Assembly (NCBI GenBank): GCA_040881505.1
Contig: JBBEDC010000019.1
Coordinates: forward strand, 1-34,327
Length of the DNA: 34,327 bases
Direction: 5' to 3'
Source of the DNA: Candidatus Anderseniibacteriota bacterium
GTDB lineage: Bacteria > Patescibacteriota > Andersenbacteria > UBA10190
The notes under the pieces were generated by a model. The model did not search any database. It saw only the letters and a list, made by a program, of their open reading frames with translations, and had not been told where the DNA came from. This document shows positions 1 to 9,434 of the stretch, in pieces (the stretch's first letter is position 1; each line of letters begins with the position of its first letter). The position numbers and the translations under genes were made by a program.

Positions 1-1742
1 TAGCGAGCGGGGCGATTTTTACAATAGAGAAAAAGAGCGGCAATATATACACCCATACAGATAAGCCCTGGTATGACATAGAGAGGAGTCGCGGCTTCGG
101 TTTTGAGAAATCCGCGAAGAGGTGTCTCGAGTGTGTTGACTGCGCCTAAAGCTGGACCCCAGATGTGACTTTCAGCTGTCCAGGCTGCGTAGCTCAAAAT
201 ATTCTTTGTTATCACGACTGGCGATAGCGATATATCGTACGATGTATCCTGGTGACTAGTTGGCGGGAGCGTAGGGTCTCCGAGAGCTATGGTTCGTATC
301 ACAAGATAAGCGCCTATGATTAGAAGAACCGCACCAATAGTTAGAGCATGGCTTTTTAACTGCGATATATGCACTCTGTTTTGTGACAGAGCGAATAATT
401 CTAAGAACACTACGATAACGGGAAATACAATCGCGGACTCTTTTGAGAGCAAGGCTAATGCGAATAGAGCGCTCCAGACGATAAATCGATTCCAAGAGGG
501 GTTAGAGCGGAATCGAGCATACGTTAGAATAGCGAGGAGAATAAAGATAACGGCGATAACGTCTTGAGCTGAGCTAATCCAGTAGGCGATGTCTGCCTTC
601 GATGAAAGAGAAAGCCATATGAGAGCACCGCTGAAGGCAAGCAATCGTGAAATTCCAAAAAGGCGTGTTACAGCATATATGAGCGAAGCTGCAATGCTGA
701 AAAGAATCAACTGAGTGAGATGGTGAGCTATTGCTGACAGTCCAAAGAATGTATAGGTGAGCAATGGAAACAGTGAGTAACTTATCGGCCGGTAGAATCC
801 AATCGGATGAGCAGGTTCGTCTCCTGAAAGAATGTACGTGTGGTTCGTGAATATGAGCTTGAGCGGATCCTGAGCTAACGTCTTTACGCGAAGTAGGATA
901 GAGATGTCATCCTGAAAGAAGAATAGATGCAGGGCAGGGTAGTAGAATACAAAAATTATTCCAGTTAAGATCACGCTTGCTATGAATATCTCCTTTAGCG
1001 TGATTTGGGCTAACTGACGTTGCCACCATTCAGATTGTGGTAACGTAGCAAATACATTCGGTTGTTTATATCGAATAATTCCAATCATTCCAATGGCTAA
1101 TAACGCGATGGCAGGCCAGATGGCTACGTTTTCAGAGTCAGTTATCCAGCGTCCGACAAGATTAAGTGTTGAAGGATTTTCGTACGTTACAAACCCAAGA
1201 TCTCCCGGCCTATAATCTCCATTCAATGTTAGTTCATGATCAGGGTATTTTGTGCCGTCAATCTCACGACGGAGTAAGAGCGCTGTGTCTTTAGGCAGCT
1301 CCGGAGCCTCGATTGCCACCTTCACCATTTTTCCTTGAGTGTCTAAGATCGCTTCAAAAGGAAAGTGAAGGAAGTGCTCCCCGAGTACGCTTTCCTTTTC
1401 AGGAGTTGGAGTCATAGCTATGTCTTGTGTATATGTTTGTCCGAGAGTAGTAATGACTGTTCGGATATCCTTATCTTCTGATGGGTATCGAATATGAAGT
1501 ATGAGCGTAGTAGAGTCAGGCGCTTCGAGAGGATCGGCGAGGAACAAGGTAATCCCAGAGAGCGAGTTATCCGGAGTCGTAATTTGCTGCGATATGGTTA
1601 CGTTTTGGTATAGGGGTAGAGTGCGACTATCGTCAGGTAGATTTACTGTGTGAACAAGAGGACTAGGTCGGTGCGCAGCAGCAAGTAATATACCGGCTAG
1701 ACTGATAGTCAGAGCAGTGATAATTTTCTGTCGGAGTGTCAT
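1..1742 (-). CDS. GT-C fold membrane glycosyltransferase (TMTC/PMT-like) with N-terminal extracytoplasmic beta-sandwich domain; runs off the window edge
   Basis: Not in the ORF track. Manual translation from ATG 1742 (MTLRQKIITALTISLAGILLAA...) stays open to position 1 (at least 580 codons). A signal/TM segment and ~150 aa soluble domain are followed by many TM helices with FFQDD, GFYRP and LLSKES, the DD...YRP...KE pattern of TMTC/PMT-like GT-C enzymes. Confidence 0.8.
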   Translation of the reverse strand, partial: MTLRQKIITALTISLAGILLAAAHRPSPLVHTVNLPDDSRTLPLYQNVTISQQITTPDNSLSGITLFLADPLEAPDSTTLILHIRYPSEDKDIRTVITTLGQTYTQDIAMTPTPEKESVLGEHFLHFPFEAILDTQGKMVKVAIEAPELPKDTALLLRREIDGTKYPDHELTLNGDYRPGDLGFVTYENPSTLNLVGRWITDSENVAIWPAIALLAIGMIGIIRYKQPNVFATLPQSEWWQRQLAQITLKEIFIASVILTGIIFVFYYPALHLFFFQDDISILLRVKTLAQDPLKLIFTNHTYILSGDEPAHPIGFYRPISYSLFPLLTYTFFGLSAIAHHLTQLILFSIAASLIYAVTRLFGISRLLAFSGALIWLSLSSKADIAYWISSAQDVIAVIFILLAILTYARFRSNPSWNRFIVWSALFALALLSKESAIVFPVIVVFLELFALSQNRVHISQLKSHALTIGAVLLIIGAYLVIRTIALGDPTLPPTSHQDTSYDISLSPVVITKNILSYAAWTAESHIWGPALGAVNTLETPLRGFLKTEAATPLYVIPGLICMGVYIAALFLYCKNRPAR

Positions 1743-1788
1743 TGGTTGTGTTGTGGCTTGCTTATACGAGCTGTTGTACCATATTTTT

Positions 1789-4351
1789 GTGGATTCCCTA
1801 ACAGCACTCTCCCACAAGAAGACTTTGAGTTTAATTATCCTAATTGTCCTCTGTTTTTTTTGCTGCAAAGTGGCTGTTACAAGGTGCGTGGTTTCCTGAT
1901 GAGTTGCAGGATTTTATTTCAATTACTGTTCCGATAGAGAATATATTCTCGCAAGTCCAAAGATCGGGAGACTCTCCTCTCTGGGCACCAGAATTAGCAG
2001 GAGGATACCCGCTGCTTTCCATTGGGCAGTTGAGCTACTGGTATCCGCCTCACATGGCTTTACGTCAATTTCTGCCAGGTGTTTGGGTCCTCAACATATC
2101 ACTTCTCCTGCACAGCATACTGGCAGCAGTTGGAACGTTTTATCTCCTGAGGCTAAATAAGGTTGGGGTGTTAGCTTCAGCGCTGGGTTCGCTACTGCTG
2201 CCACTAAGCGGAGCGTTTGTAGGCAAGTTCATATTAATCAGCATTATATTGCCATTCATGTGGGTACCGCTGCTGTTTTATCTGCTGCAGCAATTCCTCG
2301 AACGAGGCCGTCTGATACATTTGTTGTATTGGCTGCTATCAAGTGTGCTAGTGGTGCTGGTAGGTCATCCGCAGATAATGGTTCAGATATTTCTGTTCGA
2401 ATCCCTTTTTATTCTTTGTCTATTGTACTTCGACTGGAGGCGCCTTCGAAGAGCTGCTCTCATTCTTTTGGGCAGTATACTGGTGTTTGGGTTGACCTCC
2501 TTCCAGCTCCTCCCTATTTTAGATGTCGTTCCATTTACGGATCGAGCAGGGGGAGTTAATACTGACGAAGAGTTGTTTGATTTCAATTTTCCTATTGAGG
2601 CTCTAAAGGGAGTGGTATTAGCTCACCCGTTCGGTCGTGGGGAGTCGTATGTCGGGCCGAAAAATGAAGCAGAACTGTCCAGCTATATCGGTTTTGGCGC
2701 AGTTGTATTAGCTTGTGTTGGTTTTGTGGCTGGCAGGCGTAAATACCCAGCTATCTGGATCTTTTCTGTTGTTAGTGTAGTGGTTGGAATGCTGTTAGCT
2801 CTTGGGGGAGATACTCCCGTGTATAGGTGGCTTGTTAGTGTTGGCTGGAAGTATTTTAACGTTCCGGCCCGCTTCTTTTTATTTACTCACTTCGGACTGG
2901 TGTTTCTAGCAGCTCTTGGATTCCAGTACCTGGCAAGTAGGGTTCCAAGGAAAGGTTTAGCGTTACCGTACAAAGGGATGCTTATTGTTTTGGCTCTTGT
3001 CCCTACCCTTTGGGTAAGTTGGTCTTGGTATGAAGGTGTGCCATGGGAACATACAGATGAACCAGCTTTAGCCACAGTCCTAAAGGGAAAAGGCGGTTTT
3101 GTCCGAACATTTTCGAAGGGACGAATAATGGATACGGCACCCAATAGCAACTTTGGAATTACGGTATGGGACCCTGCTTGCTCAGAGTGCACATATCGCC
3201 AAAGCTTTGTGGCTCAATTCGATACCTTAAACGGCATACGCTTGCGTCTTGCTCCCGGTACGATGAGCGGGCTTATAACTGTGACGCTATATACCGATAG
3301 TGGAGAACAGTTGCGTGCAGCCGCACTGCGGACGGAAGAAATAATTGACGCCGAATGGAGTGAGTTTATCTTCGACCCGCTGCAAGGGGTATTGGGAAGT
3401 GGGCTGTACTTCGAAGTTACGTCCGACATAGCAGAAAGAAAGAACGCTCCTCGCCTTTACATCCACACGAATCCGGATAACGAGCAGTATGATCCTACTG
3501 GTGAGGTCGCAATTTGTGATGATGTATGTACGGAGGTTGTCGCGGATTCCAATACAGTGGATCTTGATTTTCAAGTAACAACACCAAGAAGTGGTTCGAC
3601 GAGTCGACAGGAAGCGTTATCGCTTAATGTGCCAGCAGGGTATGGGCTCGGCACTGCGCAGTGGGCGGGATCCCTCGGCATAGTTGATGTTGTTGATTAC
3701 ATCGAAGTGTTTGGTGGACAAGAGTCAAACATTTCATGGGAAGAACATCGCTCACTAATAAATCGCTTTCCGGTTACTCATTTCGTTTCGCTGTTTCCTC
3801 CTCATCGATACGTGACAGATGTACCTAATTTGGTAGAAGAAGCATCTGTTCCTTTTGAAGATGAATTTATACGTGTATATCGAAACGATGAGGCCTTTCC
3901 AAGGGTGCAGTTTGCAGAGAATGTAAGGGCTATGTCTGGCCCCTTAGAGCAGCGCAAGGTTATGGCAGAGCTATCTTCCACCGATCAGGGCGTTGTGGTA
4001 GCAGATATACCCGAAAATGCTGAATTTGAATCCGGAGGCAGGGCGGAAATCCTAACAGACAAACGCAATCGTGTTGTTATACAAACGACACAGGCGTCGG
4101 AAGGGTTTTTGGTTGTGCGGGATGTATTGCTGCCTGGATGGACAGCAAGTGTGGATGGCGTTGAGACTCCAATACATCGTACTGATAGTCTGTTTCGAGG
4201 GGTTATTGTGCCTGCCGGGGAGCACGAGGTGATATTTGAGTATAATCCAGGTTGGATACAACCAGCGATACGCATATCAACTGCAGCATTTATCATTACT
4301 CTGATACTTGGGTATTTCGGTTTCAAGACTATGATATTCTCAAATAAATGA
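1789..4351 (+). CDS. YfhO-family GT-C membrane glycosyltransferase; probable true start GTG 1789 with a +1 frameshift in the T8 run at 1854-1861 (intact frame 1844..4351)
   Basis: N-terminal PLWAPELAGGYP, many TM helices and C-terminal GFLVVRDVLLPGWTASVDG...LFRGVIVPAGEHEVIFEYNP are typical of YfhO. The upstream frame supplies a hydrophobic first helix (VDSLTALSHKKTLSLIILIVLCFF) that joins AAKWLL if one T is removed. Confidence 0.8.
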
Positions 4352-4998
4352 ACTGGTTACAGATCAGCAAAATACTGGCCGCTGTAGCAATTACAGGATT
4401 GTTTTTGTTTGCGGGCTACAGCTGGCTTGCACAAGAAATCCAGCGTCCTACGGTTACCATTGATGCGTCTTACAACGTCGTTGACCTCGGACTACCTGTG
4501 TATGCTCAGTTTATTACGACTCAACGACTTCAGTTATCGCCAACCCGAGTTTCCCACCTCGTTATTCCTATACACAATCCCACCGAACAAGAGCATGAGT
4601 TTATGGTTCGACTGATTAAGGATGACGACGTAATAGAGGAATGGCAGGCGCCTAGTGGCCAGGGGCTGCACGAGGCTCGGTTTTCTCTGATGGAGCCGAC
4701 ACTTTTAGAAGGAGAGCTTGATGTTCAGTTTGATGGAGGCGCCTTTACTCACGAGCAAAAAGAAACAGCACCTCGTATTTTTGTCGAGAAGTCCGCAAAA
4801 AGCTACCCTGATGGAAACTACAGAATTGCCAGTAATGAAAAAGAAGGGAGCATAGGACTTACGGTGTATGAGGTGGTGCCTCAAACGACTGTTTTCCTCG
4901 AGCAACTGGAAAGCGAACCATCGGATACAGTTATATTTCTAGCCGCGCTTATCCTACTATCTTTTCTCCTCATTACCGCTCCGTTTGTACTGTTTTGA
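4348..4998 (+). CDS. Hypothetical membrane protein: N- and C-terminal TM helices around an extracytoplasmic beta-sandwich domain
   Basis: 216 aa, ATGA-style overlap with the upstream stop. The central region (APRIFVE...YPDG...GSIGLTVYE) resembles the soluble domains of the two neighbouring GT-C proteins. Confidence 0.7.
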   Translation: MNWLQISKILAAVAITGLFLFAGYSWLAQEIQRPTVTIDASYNVVDLGLPVYAQFITTQRLQLSPTRVSHLVIPIHNPTEQEHEFMVRLIKDDDVIEEWQAPSGQGLHEARFSLMEPTLLEGELDVQFDGGAFTHEQKETAPRIFVEKSAKSYPDGNYRIASNEKEGSIGLTVYEVVPQTTVFLEQLESEPSDTVIFLAALILLSFLLITAPFVLF

Positions 4999-5280
4999 CC
5001 AGAATAGTATTGCTACTAACAAGAGTAATGACCAGGTAGCTAAGGCAAGAGCGAAATGAATTAGGGGCGGTAGAGGCGATAGGAATGATAGCGGGAAGGT
5101 AAGTGCGGCTGCTGTGATGAGCGCAAATATTCCGAGTAGTGTCAGGTATCGTCTCGGCATTTGAAATGCAAACAGGATAAGTGCTACGGCAAATAGTCCG
5201 AGACTAATAGCTTTTGGAACAGGGAGCAGGAAGAGGGGGAGGGATATGAGGGCGATATAGCTTGGTATCTTCTGGTTCAT
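4957..5280 (-). CDS. Small hydrophobic membrane protein (~4 TM), function unknown
   Basis: 107 aa, nearly all hydrophobic with a basic tail; starts 4 nt after the stop of the GT-C gene 5285..6652. Confidence 0.65.
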   Translation of the reverse strand: MNQKIPSYIALISLPLFLLPVPKAISLGLFAVALILFAFQMPRRYLTLLGIFALITAAALTFPLSFLSPLPPLIHFALALATWSLLLLVAILFWSKQYKRSGNEEKR

Positions 5281-5284
5281 ATAT

Positions 5285-6652
5285 CTATTTGGGCAGAGTT
5301 AAGATCACGGCTCCGTCATTTTCGTACGCGACATCGAGGTCAAATGGAAAGACGTTGTCACTCTCGCGATTCCTAAATAGGACCAAGTGCGTGTATTCAA
5401 CTTCGCGCAACTCATCTTCACTGGACTTCCAGAAAGAATCAGAAGGTTTAATGCCTTCCCATTTGAGATCGCTGAATATAGGAATCCACTCACTGTGTCT
5501 ATTTACATCTGACGATACAATGTAGCTTGTAGGTGATAAATTACTTTTCATCCAATCAATGGCAGCTCGCTCGTCTCGATGCAGGCGAGCGTACTTGCCG
5601 GGAGATTCATAAAAATTGAAAGTGCTCGCTGCAATCCGTAGCTGGTCAGGCAGTACCGTAAAAATTAAAAGAAGGATTACAGCTCCTTGAAGGGCTGGCT
5701 GTTTAAGTATGTTTGAAACGAGGAATAGCAGTCCTGTGCCGGCAAAAATAGATACTGTAAGGATGTAGTAAGATAAAAAGCGATCAGGGAAAATTCCTAC
5801 ACCAAGCCTGTCGTTAAATGTTGTTAACAAGGCTAGAGACGCAAGAATAAAGAGAGTAATCTTGAAATGAGTTTTTTGTTTTGAACGGGCAAGCGCTATA
5901 ACCCCAAAAGTACTCAGAAGAACAAATACGCCAAAAGGTCGGTAGATACTTTCGGTTAGTGGGTAGCTGTTTTCCTCGAAACTGCGGAACAGAACATTAG
6001 CGCTCTGGAAATGTGAAAAGACTAATATGGCTACTGCGACACCAGCCCCTGCAATCCCAAGGGATAGCAGGATTTTCTGAAATGGAAGCGTGCGAAGGGC
6101 TCGCGACAGAAAGCTGAGTATAATGGCAATCGTTGCAAGTAGCCCACTAATAGGATGAAGAAAATACGCCACCACAGTTAACACAATTGACCATTTCCAC
6201 TTAGTTGAAGCGGCTCGCTCAACTGCCACTATGAATGCTGGAAGACTGAGAAGCTGCGCGAGCGTCGCATCTTCCGTGTGACGCGTAATATCGATCGTCG
6301 CCAAGGCCCACACAAGCGCACTGATGGCTGCGGCACGAAGACCTCCGATACGGTACGCTACGAATCCTACAGCCGCCGCAGTGGCTATGTGCCCAAGGGT
6401 TACCCACCAAATAAACTGCATTTCAAGGCCGACGGGAATCCAGGAGGTTGTCCAGAGAAGGAAAATAGATGCTGGATACCAGGAATTAGTCAGGATTGCT
6501 GGAAAGCTTTCAAGTACCCGTAGTAGGTACCGTGTTGTGTCGCCCCCGACAGGAAAGGATGCGTGCAGCGGATACTGCAGAATCATAAATAAAACAATGC
6601 CTACAACTATCGCTATCTCAATTTTCGAAATTCGGGACATACCAGGAGACAT
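5285..6652 (-). CDS. GT-C fold membrane glycosyltransferase, paralog A (start may be ATG 6640)
   Basis: 455 aa polytopic protein. Acidic motif FPVGGDTTRY after TM1, DRF motif in a late loop, and a C-terminal soluble domain beginning AAIDWMKSNL as in STT3/AglB-like and related GT-C proteins. Confidence 0.7.
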   Translation of the reverse strand: MSPGMSRISKIEIAIVVGIVLFMILQYPLHASFPVGGDTTRYLLRVLESFPAILTNSWYPASIFLLWTTSWIPVGLEMQFIWWVTLGHIATAAAVGFVAYRIGGLRAAAISALVWALATIDITRHTEDATLAQLLSLPAFIVAVERAASTKWKWSIVLTVVAYFLHPISGLLATIAIILSFLSRALRTLPFQKILLSLGIAGAGVAVAILVFSHFQSANVLFRSFEENSYPLTESIYRPFGVFVLLSTFGVIALARSKQKTHFKITLFILASLALLTTFNDRLGVGIFPDRFLSYYILTVSIFAGTGLLFLVSNILKQPALQGAVILLLIFTVLPDQLRIAASTFNFYESPGKYARLHRDERAAIDWMKSNLSPTSYIVSSDVNRHSEWIPIFSDLKWEGIKPSDSFWKSSEDELREVEYTHLVLFRNRESDNVFPFDLDVAYENDGAVILTLPK

Positions 6653-7586
6653 ACCAGTCGACGAATTCCTTCACCCCTTCTTCTATCGGCGTTGTTGGGC
6701 TATATCCGATTACCTCGCGCGCTCGAGATATATCAGCCCAAGTAGCAGGAATATCCCCTTTCGGGAGTGGAACTTCTTCAATGATCGCTGCTCTACCCAG
6801 TGCAGATTCAAGCGCTTTGATCAGTCGAGGTAATGGAACTGCATCGTTCTCTCCGAGGTTAAAGACCTGGTATCCGTTCGGGTTATCGAGCGAGGCAATA
6901 ATTCCTTGGACCGTATCATCGATGTATGTAAAATCTCTTTTCGTGCTGCTGCCGCGCATTGGTAGAAGAGTCCCTGTCCGGATGGCTCGTGCAAATGTAA
7001 ACAATGCCATCTCGGGTCTGCCCCATGGTCCGTATACTGTGAAGAAGCGAAGAGCGGTTATTGGTGTCTCATACATGTTATTCCAAGTTGCACACATCAG
7101 CTCTGTGGCAGCTTTCGTAGCAGCGTAGGGAGACATGGGACTTGTAACATCCATATCTTCGCGAAATGGAAGTTCGGTAATGCCGCCATACACAGAAGAA
7201 CTTGAAGCAACTACGACATGCTCTATATTATGTTTTCGAGCTGCTTCTAAAACAGAAATAGTTCCTTCCACGTTAGCCTGGGCGTACACGAATGGATTAT
7301 CCATACTCTGCTGAACTGAGGCCCAGGCAGCTAGATGAATGATTTTTGTAATCTTCTGCTCACGAATTGTTTGCTCTAAAAGGGCGTGATCCAAAATATC
7401 GCCCCGAGTCACGACAGGCTTTGCGTTTGTGAACATATTCTCAATTCGTGCCTCTTTGAGCCGTGGGTCGTATCGATCGTTAAAATCGTCGATAATGACA
7501 ACCGTATCTCCTCGCTCAAGAAGCGCTTTAGCTACGTGAGACCCGATAAAGCCAGCCCCTCCGGTTATAAGAATACTATTATGCAT
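6618..7586 (-). CDS. NAD-dependent epimerase, UDP-glucuronate 4-epimerase-like
   Basis: TGGAGFIG, ASSSSVYG, YAATK (YxxxK) and LRFFTVYGPWGRPEMA, characteristic of UDP-GlcA 4-epimerases. Start 7586 preferred over 7595 because of the -10 element position. Confidence 0.85.
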   Translation of the reverse strand: MHNSILITGGAGFIGSHVAKALLERGDTVVIIDDFNDRYDPRLKEARIENMFTNAKPVVTRGDILDHALLEQTIREQKITKIIHLAAWASVQQSMDNPFVYAQANVEGTISVLEAARKHNIEHVVVASSSSVYGGITELPFREDMDVTSPMSPYAATKAATELMCATWNNMYETPITALRFFTVYGPWGRPEMALFTFARAIRTGTLLPMRGSSTKRDFTYIDDTVQGIIASLDNPNGYQVFNLGENDAVPLPRLIKALESALGRAAIIEEVPLPKGDIPATWADISRAREVIGYSPTTPIEEGVKEFVDWYVSWYVPNFEN

Positions 7587-7593
7587 ACTTTGC

Positions 7594-7602
7594 ATAGTAG
7601 CA
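7594..7602 (-). promoter_or_regulatory. Putative extended -10 element (TGC-TACTAT), leaderless geometry
   Basis: Minus strand reads TGCTACTAT-GCAAAGT-ATG: TGn + TAnnnT 7 nt before ATG 7586. Confidence 0.45.
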
Positions 7603-7644
7603 ATCTATCTGGTTGGAAGCTATACATGAACAATTTTAGGCTTT

Positions 7645-7974
7645 TTAGCCTCGTCGTCTCTTGGCAATATAGTATTGCTGGATGCGCCAGGTAGTTCCAA
7701 GTGCAAGTGTCCAAAGTCCGAGACTGAGTGCGAGTCGTCGTAGTGCAAGCTGATCGGCTGGCCAAGGCTCAGGAAGAATGAAGGCAAAAGCTACAACAAT
7801 AGCTGGAGGAAGAAGGAAAAAAAGCGTTTCTTTTGATGAATGAAGCAGGGCCCAGGCTATACCCAGAATAAACCCCACGATTGTGAGCGGAAAGGTTTCC
7901 AGATCGGTCAGCGCAATTCCGTAGGCAACTAAAATTAGAGAGCTTACCATAATCAATTCAAGCAAGTTCTTCAT
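7645..7974 (-). CDS. Small hydrophobic membrane protein (~4 TM), function unknown
   Basis: 109 aa, hydrophobic with basic tail (KRRRG); starts 2 nt after the stop of the GT-C gene 7977..9434, mirroring 4957..5280. Confidence 0.65.
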   Translation of the reverse strand: MKNLLELIMVSSLILVAYGIALTDLETFPLTIVGFILGIAWALLHSSKETLFFLLPPAIVVAFAFILPEPWPADQLALRRLALSLGLWTLALGTTWRIQQYYIAKRRRG

Positions 7975-7976
7975 AG

Positions 7977-9434
7977 CTATTGAAGCTGAATGATCATAGC
8001 TTCTTCATTTTCAAATACAACAGGATACTGGTCTAAAGAGCCTCGAAATACCTCTTCAAGAGATTCGCGTTCTTTTAAAATAATAAGGTGGGTATAACCC
8101 TTTTCTCTAATAATGGTATCCAACTCTGCTCCGGAGGCATTCTCAAATTCTCCTGGCGGATAGAGTCCGAGCCAACGAATTTCCGTCAGTGGTATTATCC
8201 ATTCGGTATGACGGTTTACGAGCGTAGACGTAACCAGGCTTTCTGGGGGCAAATTGCTACCAATCCACTCGATCGCTACTAGCGCGTCCGGATGAACTCG
8301 AGCGCCATTGGGCAACTCATGGTGTGTATATACTTTTACATCTTGTTGCCAGGCAACGACTGTTTGTGTGGCAAGTAAACCGACCAGCAGAAAGCCTACA
8401 AAATATTTGTAGGATTGCACTTTTAAAGACTGAATAATGAAAGGAACTGCAAGCGATGCAAGAATAATCAATGTAAGTAGATAATATGATTCAAAGCGTC
8501 GCACCTGAAGGGAGACGCCCAATAAGTTGTTAAATGTTAGCAGTATACTCGTAGCCGCAAAGAAAAGCATGGCTACAGCTCCTAAAGTGCGGCGGTGTAA
8601 ACTCCAGGCTAAAGCGCCTGCGCCAATCGGCACAAGCGGAAAGAAGGGTGCCAAGGCAGTGCTGGTAAATAGCATCCATGGGACCGTGTGTTTATCAATT
8701 GGAAACTCGTGATTGAAAACATTGGAGCGAACGAGAAAAGAAAGACCAAAAAATCCAGCAATACCAAACGCAATCGACAACATGCGCAGTAATTTTCGTT
8801 GCTTGTCAGATATCAACGGACTTGTAAATGGCGCATAGGCAATCATAAGCATCAGGAGAATGATTAAAAGAAACAGGCCAGACATAAAATGCAAACCAGC
8901 CGTGGCGATGACGGCCAGGATCATTCCTATGCTACTTTTTCGTAATAGCTCGTGAAAAAACAACAGCAGAGGCGTTAAGCTTAGGAGGTGGGCCAAAATT
9001 CCGTTTTCGAAATGATGATTAAGCGTAGCTGTCATTCCCCATAATAAAACACCTACGGATGCTGCTTGCCACCCGCTGAAACGATACAGGAATAATAACA
9101 GTGCCCCTCCAGCCGCTGTATGAGCAATCACCATCCACCAGGTAAATAGGCTAGGCCAGGAAAACCACGGCAGCTTTGTTGCTGCTAGTAAGGCGATGAC
9201 CGGTGGGTATGCCGAATTACGAGCTATCCTTGTAAATCCTTCGCGCAAAGAGATAGAAAAGCCTTCTTGAGCCAGTTCAGCTCGTGTGACATATCGAACA
9301 GGGTCCCCACCCATTGGAAAGGACGTCTGACGAATATACTGAAAGCTAACCGTTGCGCATATGAGAAAAGAGGCGATCAGTAGTACCCATTGCCAGGTAG
9401 CAGTAGCGGGGGCTGTTTTAGCGAAGGATAGCAT
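7977..9434 (-). CDS. GT-C fold membrane glycosyltransferase, paralog B
   Basis: FPMGGDPVRY, RRFESYY and AIEWIGSNLP...VNRHTEW align motif by motif with 5285..6652. Start placed at ATG 9434 (MLSFAK) to avoid a 77-nt overlap. Confidence 0.7.
   Translation of the reverse strand: MLSFAKTAPATATWQWVLLIASFLICATVSFQYIRQTSFPMGGDPVRYVTRAELAQEGFSISLREGFTRIARNSAYPPVIALLAATKLPWFSWPSLFTWWMVIAHTAAGGALLLFLYRFSGWQAASVGVLLWGMTATLNHHFENGILAHLLSLTPLLLFFHELLRKSSIGMILAVIATAGLHFMSGLFLLIILLMLMIAYAPFTSPLISDKQRKLLRMLSIAFGIAGFFGLSFLVRSNVFNHEFPIDKHTVPWMLFTSTALAPFFPLVPIGAGALAWSLHRRTLGAVAMLFFAATSILLTFNNLLGVSLQVRRFESYYLLTLIILASLAVPFIIQSLKVQSYKYFVGFLLVGLLATQTVVAWQQDVKVYTHHELPNGARVHPDALVAIEWIGSNLPPESLVTSTLVNRHTEWIIPLTEIRWLGLYPPGEFENASGAELDTIIREKGYTHLIILKERESLEEVFRGSLDQYPVVFENEEAMIIQLQ

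Noticed and set aside
256-567. Short ORFs 256..495 (-) and 316..567 (+)
   Set aside because: They lie within the long GT-C reading frame <1..1742 and have no motifs.
1717-2022. Small ORFs 1717..1899, 1746..1937 and 1840..2022 as independent genes
   Set aside because: They overlap real genes; only 1789-1860 appears meaningful, as the displaced N-terminus of YfhO.
6219-7765. Antisense and alternate-frame ORFs such as 6324..6833 (169 aa) and 6781..7128
   Set aside because: Shadows of well-supported genes with no recognisable features; the same applies to the other nested 60-130 aa ORFs in the track.
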